This document shows positions 48,690-57,987 of a stretch of 64,000 nt of DNA, piece by piece. The position numbers and the translations under genes were made by a program. Every line of letters starts with the position of its first letter. Position 1 is the first letter of the stretch. The notes beneath the pieces were generated by a model. It was not told where the DNA came from, searched no databases, and worked only from the letters and a program-made list of their open reading frames with translations. This stretch comes from an uncultured Nitrososphaerota archaeon (GTDB taxonomy: Archaea; Asgardarchaeota; Njordarchaeia; Njordarchaeales; Njordarchaeaceae), in the NCBI GenBank assembly GCA_964518475.1, contig CAZFGR010000001.1, positions 96,001-160,000 of the forward strand, given 5' to 3'.

Positions 48690-49640
48690 TTGTGTTCTGA
48701 AATGACTTACAAGCGTTGTCAGCCTATATATTATAAGCCTGAAGCTGGAAAATACTTTTGTCGAGATGAGTTTATTAGATATTTCAAGAAACGCGTTCTA
48801 AAAACCATTCAAAAATGGAAAATGTTTGAGAGAGATAGTCGCATTGCTGTGGCGGTCTCGGGCGGGAAGGATAGTATGACTCTCTTGTACGTGCTTGAGG
48901 AGATAGAAAGGGATTTTCCGTCTGAGCTCATAATCGTCCATTTGGATGAGAATATCAAGGGATACTCTGATGTGTCGCGCGATCTCGTACGAAAAACGGC
49001 TAAGAAACTGGGTTTACTCTTGTATGAAGCAAGTTATAAGGAGCTATTTGGCTACTCCATGGATGAAATAGCTAATATCGAGAGAGAGAAAAGGATATAC
49101 GCTGCATGTACTTTTTGTGGAGTATGGCGACGTTGGGGACTAAACTATTTAGCTCTAAAAGCGGGTGCAGATAGACTCGCTACTGCCCACTGTCTTGATG
49201 ATGAGGCTCAAACTATAATATTAAATGTTCTAAAGGGAAACCTCCGGAATATCCTTAAATTAGACCCTCGCCCGCGTAGAATTGCTGAAAACGTTGTTCC
49301 TCGTGTGAAACCTTTCAGAGAGATCCCAGAGAGAGAAGTAACCCTCTACGCTCACTTAATGGATATCCCATATAATGATATCCCTTGTCCTTACGCTACA
49401 GAAGCGATGCGTTGGAATATTAGATTATGGTTAGCTGAGATGGAACGAGCGCACCCTGGAACACTTTATAATATTCTGCGCTTTGGGGAGAAATTAGCCT
49501 TGTTGTACGGGAATGCAAAGACCGAAGAGAGAATAAATCATTGTGAAATATGTGGTTTCCCCACGGTTGGACGCATCTGTAAAGCACATCAGTTAAAAGA
49601 ACATCTCAACAAGTTATTCAGCAAGAACAAGAAGAGATAG
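48690..49640 (+). CDS. TtuA/Ncs6 tRNA 2-thiolation enzyme
   Basis: SGGKDS, CTFCGVWRR, CPYA, C-terminal CEICG...ICKAH. Confidence 0.9.
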   Translation: MCSEMTYKRCQPIYYKPEAGKYFCRDEFIRYFKKRVLKTIQKWKMFERDSRIAVAVSGGKDSMTLLYVLEEIERDFPSELIIVHLDENIKGYSDVSRDLVRKTAKKLGLLLYEASYKELFGYSMDEIANIEREKRIYAACTFCGVWRRWGLNYLALKAGADRLATAHCLDDEAQTIILNVLKGNLRNILKLDPRPRRIAENVVPRVKPFREIPEREVTLYAHLMDIPYNDIPCPYATEAMRWNIRLWLAEMERAHPGTLYNILRFGEKLALLYGNAKTEERINHCEICGFPTVGRICKAHQLKEHLNKLFSKNKKR

Positions 49641-49686
49641 AGCTTATTTTTGAGGCAAATATAGAAAAATATTTGGTTGAGAAAGA

Positions 49687-51882
49687 TTATTGGAACAATA
49701 TTTCTCGATTCTCCGAGATCATTAACATTGGCCCTAGAGAGTATGTTTTTATCAGAAGGTTCGCCGATCTTTCGCTACAACATTCATTTCTCATACTCTT
49801 TGTTTGCAGGGACGAATTTCCACTAAATCCCCCGCCTCTAAATGGTTCTGGTGGAACTACTTCATCCCTATAGACAACTCTATATAATTTCACTTGATTA
49901 CCGCTAATTATTGGTTTAAAGTACGAAAGCTTGAGAGGAATTAGACCAGATGGATTCTGTCTCAAAGATTCTTCTCCTATCATGTTAATCCATCTAGATA
50001 CTGTGGATACTTCTTCACCATAAGCTAGCAAATTCCACAGCATGCTGCTAAAGAATGGCTTTTTATAAACACCCTTTTCTTCATCAAAGTAATCTTCTTC
50101 TGTAATGTTGTACTGAGGAGCGTGTTTCTCGGCTATTCTGATCATCCAAATGGCTTTAAAGAGATCAACCGTATAGACTACCACCCATTTAACGTTATAT
50201 TCCCTTAACAATTTTATTGATTCATTCTCGGGCAAAATTAACATCGCCCCTACTATTCCCATTTGCGTAGAATTATTTGTCCCATTATCTGCTAGTGTTG
50301 TCACATTAGCGTATGCTTTTAATCTATAACCATAATCCCACCAGCTCAAAACAACATCTGTTGGTTCAGCATACAGTCTTAAATATTCGAACACTTCGAG
50401 TTCATCTTCACTTAGATCATATTGGGCTAAGCCTTTCGTTGCAACAATTCCGTTGTATAGAGAGAATATCAGCATCATTCCAATGATTAAATAAGCTATG
50501 ACCGCTTCACTTCTTGGTAATCTAGCCTCTCCGGCAAGCAATCGAACAGGTCTTATAGGGTGTAATATCCATTCTCCCTTCAATGCTGTTGTGAAAGGTT
50601 CCAAGAAGTAATCAATAGCAACTCCTGCTGCTATGGCAAGGAGAGGAGCGCCAACGACAATAAATCTAGAGATGCTAGCAGAGAAATAAAAACCAGTGAG
50701 AATTATCAATAATAGCATCATTTCATTTGGTGTTCTTTTTTCTAGGATATAATTAATCGCTAGAGGCGCCAGAAGAATGGATAGGAAGCCTCCAAACAGT
50801 ATTGTACTCCAAGTAGCTGGCTGATTCTCACTAACGCTACTGAATGTTGGTAGGAGGTTTCGGAGGGCTGGATTTATCACGCTAGCGAACTTTGCTCCTA
50901 TATCGATTAACTGTCCAGTAGCGTATAAGTAAATAACTCCCACAAGAATCGCTGTTATTCCACCCCCGAGAATGATTTTGTATGCTTCCTTTTTGCCTCC
51001 TGGTAAACTTTCTCCAAAGTACGTTCCCAGATAATTAACAATAATTATGAGAAGGGAGAATATTGCGAGTAGACCATCCGGTCTTAATAGGATACCATAG
51101 TTTCTTGGCAAGACGGATATTAAGCCTAAACCAATAGGAATCGAAACACTATATGTTAAACTAATTTTATCATCGAGCTTATTTGTAATCCATAATAGTA
51201 CCACGAAGATAGCTAAGAGGTCAATAACATAACGATAGAGACCCCAAGTCCACCCTAGTAAACCTAAAGATACGCCCGCTAATACTGATGAGATAATAGA
51301 ATCTTTTTTGTAACCTCTTATGAATAGATAAATGGTAAGAAAAATCAGGAAAATTCCCACAGATTCGTTGTCATAGAACCCTGCAATTGTTCTTTGGATA
51401 AGTCCTGGACTAATAGCGGCCAGAAACGCGGCGAAGAGCCCTGCTCTTGAGCTTTTAAGTTCTCTGGCTATTAAATATATTAGAATAATTGCTAGTGAAC
51501 CAAAAATTGCTGGAACCACGCTTATTACTGTGAGAAGATCAATCTCGTAACCTAGGAGAATGAGGAGTTTATGCAAGATAACTCCAGTGAGCGGTATTCC
51601 TATGTAGAGAGCATTCCATGGTCTCCCCCATGGATACCAGATACTGTAGTCAATATCACAAAGAAACACCTTTAGACCACGCTCCTCTATGTATCTTGCT
51701 GCTTCCAGTTGAATAAATGGATCATAAGCTCTAAGAGAAGCACCATAAACTATGAATGGATAGATCCTGATGATAAATGCGATTGTTACGATTAGCAATA
51801 GCGCGAGGAGATTCATTGCACTACTCACAGGAATTTTGAAGATTTTTATGAAATCTCTTAACTTCTCTTTCCAAGAGACCAA
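49687..51882 (-). CDS. aglB: Oligosaccharyltransferase AglB/STT3
   Basis: AYDPF, WYPWGR, GFYDNE, SVSENQP, WWDYG, DNGT; probable TTG start at 51882 after GGTGA. Confidence 0.96.
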   Translation of the reverse strand: MVSWKEKLRDFIKIFKIPVSSAMNLLALLLIVTIAFIIRIYPFIVYGASLRAYDPFIQLEAARYIEERGLKVFLCDIDYSIWYPWGRPWNALYIGIPLTGVILHKLLILLGYEIDLLTVISVVPAIFGSLAIILIYLIARELKSSRAGLFAAFLAAISPGLIQRTIAGFYDNESVGIFLIFLTIYLFIRGYKKDSIISSVLAGVSLGLLGWTWGLYRYVIDLLAIFVVLLWITNKLDDKISLTYSVSIPIGLGLISVLPRNYGILLRPDGLLAIFSLLIIIVNYLGTYFGESLPGGKKEAYKIILGGGITAILVGVIYLYATGQLIDIGAKFASVINPALRNLLPTFSSVSENQPATWSTILFGGFLSILLAPLAINYILEKRTPNEMMLLLIILTGFYFSASISRFIVVGAPLLAIAAGVAIDYFLEPFTTALKGEWILHPIRPVRLLAGEARLPRSEAVIAYLIIGMMLIFSLYNGIVATKGLAQYDLSEDELEVFEYLRLYAEPTDVVLSWWDYGYRLKAYANVTTLADNGTNNSTQMGIVGAMLILPENESIKLLREYNVKWVVVYTVDLFKAIWMIRIAEKHAPQYNITEEDYFDEEKGVYKKPFFSSMLWNLLAYGEEVSTVSRWINMIGEESLRQNPSGLIPLKLSYFKPIISGNQVKLYRVVYRDEVVPPEPFRGGGFSGNSSLQTKSMRNECCSERSANLLIKTYSLGPMLMISENREILFQ

Positions 51883-52046
51883 GTTAGTCACCACTTTGCG
51901 AAGCAACCTAAAATAGTTTTGAATAATATTATCTTGGCCTTTCTCCAAAATCTTCTTTGCTTGATAGATTATAAAGTTTTTATTTCGTGGAAGTAGTATT
52001 GTATTGAAAAAGCAAGACATAACGTAGAAGAATAACAAACTTAGTA

Positions 52047-52107
52047 GCGATGATCGGAGTCTGGCCTTCTGAATTTTGCTCATGATGAAGATCTTGAGTG
52101 GTGAGCC
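52047..52107 (+). ncRNA. Possible C/D box sRNA with degenerate terminal boxes
   Basis: ATGATCG, 12 nt, CTGA, spacer, ATGATGA, 12 nt, GTGA. Confidence 0.4.
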
Positions 52108-52284
52108 CTCCTTATTTCCCATTATTAGTTATCCACCCTCTCCACCTATCTACTAATAGTGAGATTGAAATAATGAATGTTAATGTTTAGTGTATTATTT
52201 CGATAGGTAATTTGGTTATGCTGCACCAAAAATACTTGCAGAAGCTCATGAGTAAGAATCTTATGTGAGCAGGGGTGTCATGAA

Positions 52285-53922
52285 GTGTCAGATAGTACTC
52301 AGGGATATCCAAAGAAATATGTGCTCGATCTAAGTTTGATTCTCTCTGGAGCATTGAAGAGTACGAAGATTTTGGAACTAATTAGAACAGGAAAATTCTA
52401 CATTCCCTGGATAATAATTAACAAGTTAAAACAGATGGCCAATCAAGGACTCGAAGAGGGCATCGTGGGAATTAACGAGTTAGTTAGGCTACGTGAGTTA
52501 GGGGCTGAGATTGAATATTTGTTTCAGGATACCAAAATTCACGGGAGCTTAGAAGAAGTTGTCCTGGAGACCGCAAAGAACATAAATGCTACTCTATTAA
52601 CAAGTGACGAGACACTATACCAACTGGCAAAAGTTGCTGGAATAGACGCTTTATTAATTAAACGCCAAAAAAGAGCAGAAAAGTGCTTGAGAATCAGAGA
52701 TTTTTTTGACGAAGATACGCTATCCATTCACTTAAAAGAAGGAGTAAAACCGATGGCTAAGAAGGGAAAGCCTGGAGAATGGGAATTCGTTACTCTGAGG
52801 GATGAACCACTTACAAGAGAAGAGTTAGAGGAACTTATTCGTGAAATAATAGAGGAAGTTCGCAAAACTGATGTGAGAGGATTTATTGAATTAGAACGAC
52901 CATCCTCGACAATAATACAGCTTGAGGATCTTCGAATAGTTATCACAAAACCACCATTCTCGGATGCACTTGAAATCACTGCCGTGAGACCAGTTAAACG
53001 ACTTAAACTAGAAGATTATAATTTACCACAGAAGCTGATTAATCGTCTACTTTTTCGAGCAGAGGGAATCTTAATAGCTGGAGCTCCAGGTATGGGCAAA
53101 ACAACATTCGCCCAAGCTTTAGCCGAGTTCTATATGAGAAAAGGAAAAATAGTTAAGACTATCGAGGCTCCCCGAGACATGGTTCTACCCAGAGAGATAA
53201 CAAGTTATTCTAAGTCATTTGGTACATCCGAAGAAATTCATGATATATTGCTATTATCAAGGCCCGATTACACAATCTTTGATGAGATGAGGAATCCCGA
53301 AGACTTCAAATTATTTGCTGATTTACGACTTGCTGGTGTGGGAATGGTAGGAGTTGTTCATGCTACAACCGCTATTGATGCTATTCAACGATTTATAGGC
53401 AAAGTAGAACTCGGAATGATTCCTTCCATAATAGATACCGTAATATTCATGCACAAAGGAAAAGTAAACCGGGTTTTAGCATTAAAGACCGTAGTTAAAG
53501 TCCCACATGGACTCCAAAGCGAAGACTTAGCTAGACCAGTCGTTTTAGTGTACGATTTCTTAACTAACAAGCCAATGTATGAAATATACACTTTCGGAGA
53601 AAGAACCTTTGTAGTCCCCGTTAGTAGAGAGGCTGTTGAAGAACTATACGGTGTAGAAGAAAAAGCGGAACGACCCGAGGAAGTCCGGGGAATGCCCCTC
53701 CCATATGTTATTAGAGTTAAAAAGAAAGCCTATATCTTCGATTTTGGCCGTGCACATGGAGGGAAAACGGTATCAGCGTATCTCGGTTCACGATTCCTTT
53801 TCGCTGATGTTATAGGGAAATCGGGAACCATAAGAATTGATAAGCGAGGAAGAATAGGTCGAATAATAAAGGAAGCTCTGGAGAGAGGAGAAAGAATACA
53901 ATTTTACGAGGAGGAAGAATAA
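52285..53922 (+). CDS. PIN-domain ATPase (PINA-like)
   Basis: N-terminal PIN; GAPGMGKTTFAQAL, FDEMR, GVVHATTAIDAIQRF. Confidence 0.92.
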   Translation: MSDSTQGYPKKYVLDLSLILSGALKSTKILELIRTGKFYIPWIIINKLKQMANQGLEEGIVGINELVRLRELGAEIEYLFQDTKIHGSLEEVVLETAKNINATLLTSDETLYQLAKVAGIDALLIKRQKRAEKCLRIRDFFDEDTLSIHLKEGVKPMAKKGKPGEWEFVTLRDEPLTREELEELIREIIEEVRKTDVRGFIELERPSSTIIQLEDLRIVITKPPFSDALEITAVRPVKRLKLEDYNLPQKLINRLLFRAEGILIAGAPGMGKTTFAQALAEFYMRKGKIVKTIEAPRDMVLPREITSYSKSFGTSEEIHDILLLSRPDYTIFDEMRNPEDFKLFADLRLAGVGMVGVVHATTAIDAIQRFIGKVELGMIPSIIDTVIFMHKGKVNRVLALKTVVKVPHGLQSEDLARPVVLVYDFLTNKPMYEIYTFGERTFVVPVSREAVEELYGVEEKAERPEEVRGMPLPYVIRVKKKAYIFDFGRAHGGKTVSAYLGSRFLFADVIGKSGTIRIDKRGRIGRIIKEALERGERIQFYEEEE

Positions 53923-54566
53923 TGGCAAAGGATATTCAGGGGAAAAAAGTAGTAGTTCCAGGAGAATATATTGGCAATGTCAAGGAATATATTCCAGGAG
54001 AAGGCACTTATACTGCTAATGGGAAGATATTTTCGTTATATTATGGCGTAGTAATGTATGATAAAGAGAAAAAGAAAATAAACGTAAGACCTATTAAGCA
54101 GCCTATAGTTCCGCAGAAAAACGACATCATACTAGCCGAGATAACTTCATCCGGAGACAGCATAGCTCAAGCAAAGATATACTTCATAATACGTCGAGAA
54201 GACACTGAATCAAAGCTTATTCCATTAATTCCCCCCTTCTCTGGATTAATTCATGTATCGCAATTAGGGATCAGAACAGAGGCTATAAGCAGATACATCA
54301 AAGTTAGTGATAAGATAATAGGAAGGATAACTATAGATTCTTATCCTCCGTTCGGAATAAGCTTAGCAGGAAAAGATTACGGCGTTGTAGCTGCGAGATG
54401 CAGCAATTGTGGCACGCCCTTAACCCGTAAAAATAATAACTTATTCTGCCCTAACTGTCATAAAAATAACCCTCGAAAAATCTCTCCACTCTATAACTTC
54501 GAGTTATTCGAGGAATTGTTTAGAAAGTATAAGAGAAGGGTAGAGGTTATAGGAGAGGTCGAGTAA
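53922..54566 (+). CDS. csl4: Exosome RNA-binding subunit Csl4
   Basis: VVPGE...PGEGTY, S1 domain, GVVAARCSNCG...CPNC...RKIS. Confidence 0.93.
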   Translation: MAKDIQGKKVVVPGEYIGNVKEYIPGEGTYTANGKIFSLYYGVVMYDKEKKKINVRPIKQPIVPQKNDIILAEITSSGDSIAQAKIYFIIRREDTESKLIPLIPPFSGLIHVSQLGIRTEAISRYIKVSDKIIGRITIDSYPPFGISLAGKDYGVVAARCSNCGTPLTRKNNNLFCPNCHKNNPRKISPLYNFELFEELFRKYKRRVEVIGEVE

Positions 54567-54568
54567 GT

Positions 54569-54826
54569 ATGAGCGATAATAATTTACTAACACTTATTCG
54601 GTTAGGTTTTCTTCCTCCTAATTTTAAAACACAGGATCTTGAAAGAACACTATATTATATAATCTGGGATCGATTTCGTCTCGTCTGTAATTTTGGGGAA
54701 ATAAAATCTCTTTCTCCGCCAGTTATATTCTGTAAAAAGGTACAAATGAATTGTGACTTTATATATTGCCCTATAATTAAGAACGCTTTGAGAGATTATG
54801 AAAGAAAGAATTTGACTACACTATAA
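54569..54826 (+). CDS. Small Cys-containing hypothetical protein
   Basis: Four spaced Cys; closely follows csl4. Confidence 0.55.
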   Translation: MSDNNLLTLIRLGFLPPNFKTQDLERTLYYIIWDRFRLVCNFGEIKSLSPPVIFCKKVQMNCDFIYCPIIKNALRDYERKNLTTL

Positions 54827-54830
54827 GTTC

Positions 54831-55796
54831 TTAACCCATCAGAATCTTTAAGATGATTATAACAACCGCGAGAGATATTGGAATCGGTAAGGCTGGTAAC
54901 GTAACTTCGCGTCCTCTGCTTAGATTTCTTACCAAGATAAGTCCCGTGATGATTACACCAGCTATTATAGCTGCCCCAACGACTAACGCTATGATTTCAC
55001 CAAAGTATGCTAGAGAGTAACTAACTGCAAGGGAATAAAAGAAGATATCTCCAAGACCTAGCATTAATGCTTTTTCACTATTTTCTCTTACTCTCTTTGA
55101 AAGTTCCTCTGAAATTTTCTTGATGGGACCTTTAAAAACTGCAAAAATATCATAAAGCACGAAACCTATCATAAGCACTAAGGGAGTATAAAAGCCCATA
55201 AAAAGGCCTATGAGAGAACCTGCCCAGGTAACTGATAGAAGAAGAGTATAGTTTCGTAAACGTATCCATTCACTCTTTAATAAACTGATAGCTTGCAAAA
55301 CACCAAACAATACGAAAATCGCATAGGATAATACGCCAAACCAGTTAACTAAACTATGTAAAATAGCTATGAACTCTTCGTGGAGTATTGTTAAGAAGGC
55401 TATGAATATTAGAAGCCATATTGGTATGACGAACGAAGCCATGCTAGCTGTAAGATATGAGAGAAGAAGAACTTGTATAATAACAATTAACTTCAATTTA
55501 CCACTTCTCAAGAGGAGATACAATATTACGGAGAATAAAATTACCATGGATATGTAAAATAGTAAGTTAAGTACCGCCGCACTCTCCCCCATAGTACTCT
55601 CTTTAAAAATTGCTGCTTCTTCTCCTACACCGAAGATCCAATATAATGGTATAACTGTCCCTATAGAAATTAGAATCGTCAAAAGTACGACTCGTACAAG
55701 GATTCCGAGCAAACTCCAAGTTCTTTTTTTATCCTTAAGGTTAAACATTAATACTGGAAACCATTGAGAAATATTGTCCTCACTCATTACTAACAC
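54831..55796 (-). CDS. Presenilin-family (GxGD) intramembrane aspartyl protease
   Basis: About 9 TM helices; YDIFAVF, LGLGDIFFYS, LPALP. Confidence 0.93.
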   Translation of the reverse strand: MLVMSEDNISQWFPVLMFNLKDKKRTWSLLGILVRVVLLTILISIGTVIPLYWIFGVGEEAAIFKESTMGESAAVLNLLFYISMVILFSVILYLLLRSGKLKLIVIIQVLLLSYLTASMASFVIPIWLLIFIAFLTILHEEFIAILHSLVNWFGVLSYAIFVLFGVLQAISLLKSEWIRLRNYTLLLSVTWAGSLIGLFMGFYTPLVLMIGFVLYDIFAVFKGPIKKISEELSKRVRENSEKALMLGLGDIFFYSLAVSYSLAYFGEIIALVVGAAIIAGVIITGLILVRNLSRGREVTLPALPIPISLAVVIIILKILMG

Positions 55797-55818
55797 GCTC
55801 CATAATAGGTGTTAAAAA

Positions 55819-56964
55819 ATGCTCGTAGATGAGGTAGCTAAATCTAGGAAAGAAAGAGTAATCGACCTTTTAAAAAAATATGATGCTGATGGCTGGCTTG
55901 TTATTTCCTCCAAAAATGATCCTAATCTGGATTATCTCTTAAACGCATCTTACTATGGTCTAACAGCAGCGCTTCTTACTAGGGATTCTCTTAAGATCTT
56001 AGCTAGTAAGCTTGAAGAAAGCATGGTCTCCAAACCACATGTTGATCAAGTTATCACTTACTATGGTTCAAGAGATTTTGTAGCTAAATTGCTAGAATTA
56101 TTAAAAGATGTACGAGACGGTAGATTATTGCTTAATATTGCCCCTCCTCTTGTCTCCACCCACGCTTCTCGAATATCGTACGGCCACGCAAAAGTTATCA
56201 TGAATCTCTGCGAACTATACGGCATAACAGTCGTTTCTTCTCATAATTTTGTAAATGAACTTAGGAGCATTAAGACCGATGCAGAACTGACCGCGTTAGA
56301 AAAAAGTGTCAAATTCACGTTAGAGGCTATAGATAATGTTGTTGAAAAAATAAAAATTGGTATGAGTGAGAAAGAAGTAGCAGCCATGTTATATAAGGAA
56401 ATCTACTTAATAGCTAAGCCAGCTTTTGAAACTATAGTTGCTTTTGGGGAAAATACAGCCAATCCCCACCACGAAACTTCTGATAAGAAATTAAGAGCAG
56501 GGGAGATAGGATATATCGACGTTGGAATAAGATATGCGGGCGTATGTTCTGATATTACGCGAGTTTTCTTCACCAGTACTGCGGATGCAGAATTTAGTAA
56601 AATTTATCTGGCTGTAAGGGAGGCACAGGATGCCAGCATCTCTAAGATTCGTGATGGTATTTCTGCTGTAGAGCCAGATACTGTCGCTCGTGAAACAATT
56701 AAAGCACACGGTTATGATCCCGAAAAACATTTTACACATGGCTTAGGTCATCCACTAGGAGTAGAAGTACATGACGTTGGGCCAGCACTAAGCTTTTTGT
56801 CTCCTCCTAATGTTTTGCTTCGAAAAAATATGGCCTTAACAATAGAACCCGCGATATATATTGAAAAGAAAGGAGGCGTTAGACTAGAAGATGATATTAT
56901 TGTAGAATCTACTAGTGCTAGAAGACTCTCTAGATCTCCTGAAGAACCTCCTAAAGTAGGTTAA
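55819..56964 (+). CDS. Xaa-Pro peptidase (M24B)
   Basis: PHH, D-x-G...SDITR, HGLGH...EVHD, TIEP, GVRLEDD. Confidence 0.94.
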   Translation: MLVDEVAKSRKERVIDLLKKYDADGWLVISSKNDPNLDYLLNASYYGLTAALLTRDSLKILASKLEESMVSKPHVDQVITYYGSRDFVAKLLELLKDVRDGRLLLNIAPPLVSTHASRISYGHAKVIMNLCELYGITVVSSHNFVNELRSIKTDAELTALEKSVKFTLEAIDNVVEKIKIGMSEKEVAAMLYKEIYLIAKPAFETIVAFGENTANPHHETSDKKLRAGEIGYIDVGIRYAGVCSDITRVFFTSTADAEFSKIYLAVREAQDASISKIRDGISAVEPDTVARETIKAHGYDPEKHFTHGLGHPLGVEVHDVGPALSFLSPPNVLLRKNMALTIEPAIYIEKKGGVRLEDDIIVESTSARRLSRSPEEPPKVG

Positions 56965-57018
56965 GGAAATTAAAGTTAGGAGAATGACCTAATAATATTT
57001 TCCAAGTTTATACTCTTA

Positions 57019-57681
57019 CTATTTTTCTTTTCTTGGAATAATTTTATGAGCTGTTAAGGCGAATCCTAGCGGGAGAAAAACTAATACAGCAAGTAATAGC
57101 TCCCATGCCTCTATACTTCCTTCTGGTGGTTGAGTATACCTCCTTCCACTAACCGATACTGTTAATGCGGGACATACGATGGAGCTTTTTTCTTTCAATT
57201 CACCTTTTACACGTTCGAATGTGATTCTGAACGAATCAAATGCATACTCGCCTTCTTCAGTAAACTCAAGCAGAATCCAATAGTAGAACGTCCTATTCAT
57301 ATCAACTTTCTCTATTCGCGATGTAACATTGGTACCCTCTCGTACAATTTTAATACTCGAAAAAACAACTGATGAATCATTTCTAGTAGCTAGTACTTTG
57401 ACATTCTGAGGGATAAGCATCCAGAATGTGACGTTATAAAGAATCCAAGTTGTGGGATTATGAATTACTAAGATTAGGTAAACGGGCATGTTCACATAGA
57501 TCTCAGAAGAATTGAATACTCTATAAGATATTATCTGAGACTCCTGTTGCATTTCTTTTATAGGAAGTTTCGTTACTTCATAACTATGAACTAATGGTGC
57601 CGAAAAGCTGTACATTATAATGAGACTGAAAACTAATATTACTAGCCGCCTCTTTTGTGCATAAGAAGAATTTTTAGCCAT
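57019..57681 (-). CDS. TRAP-beta (SSR2)/BatD-like single-Ig membrane protein
   Basis: Signal peptide, one Ig domain (IHNP...NVTF...IP...EGEYAFDSFRITF), C-terminal TM WELLLAVLVFLP and basic tail. Confidence 0.6.
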   Translation of the reverse strand: MAKNSSYAQKRRLVILVFSLIIMYSFSAPLVHSYEVTKLPIKEMQQESQIISYRVFNSSEIYVNMPVYLILVIHNPTTWILYNVTFWMLIPQNVKVLATRNDSSVVFSSIKIVREGTNVTSRIEKVDMNRTFYYWILLEFTEEGEYAFDSFRITFERVKGELKEKSSIVCPALTVSVSGRRYTQPPEGSIEAWELLLAVLVFLPLGFALTAHKIIPRKEK

Positions 57682-57987
57682 TTTTCTCCCTCAACATAAT
57701 AATGTTTTTCTAAATAGCCTCTCCAGGAATTCGTTTGAAGGAAATCTAGAGTTAAAAAGTTTTAGAAAAATTTAATAAAGATGCCACAAAGAGTCTTTTA
57801 GAAAATGTTCTCCCAAACAAACAGACTAAGATGTTGGCAATCTTACTTATCACGTGAGCAGAGTTTTAGTTTATCCTAAATCCTAAGTTGTTTCTCCTAC
57901 TAATAGCTGGTGAAGAACCAATAAAAAGTAATGCATAGCTAAAACTAGGATCGTAGTAAGTTGGAGAAAATGTTGAAAAGGGGTTTT

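Noticed and set aside
51883-52122. 80-aa N-terminal extension of AglB in the ORF track
   Set aside because: A GGTGA SD with TTG at 51882 is a better start, and the upstream sequence looks intergenic.
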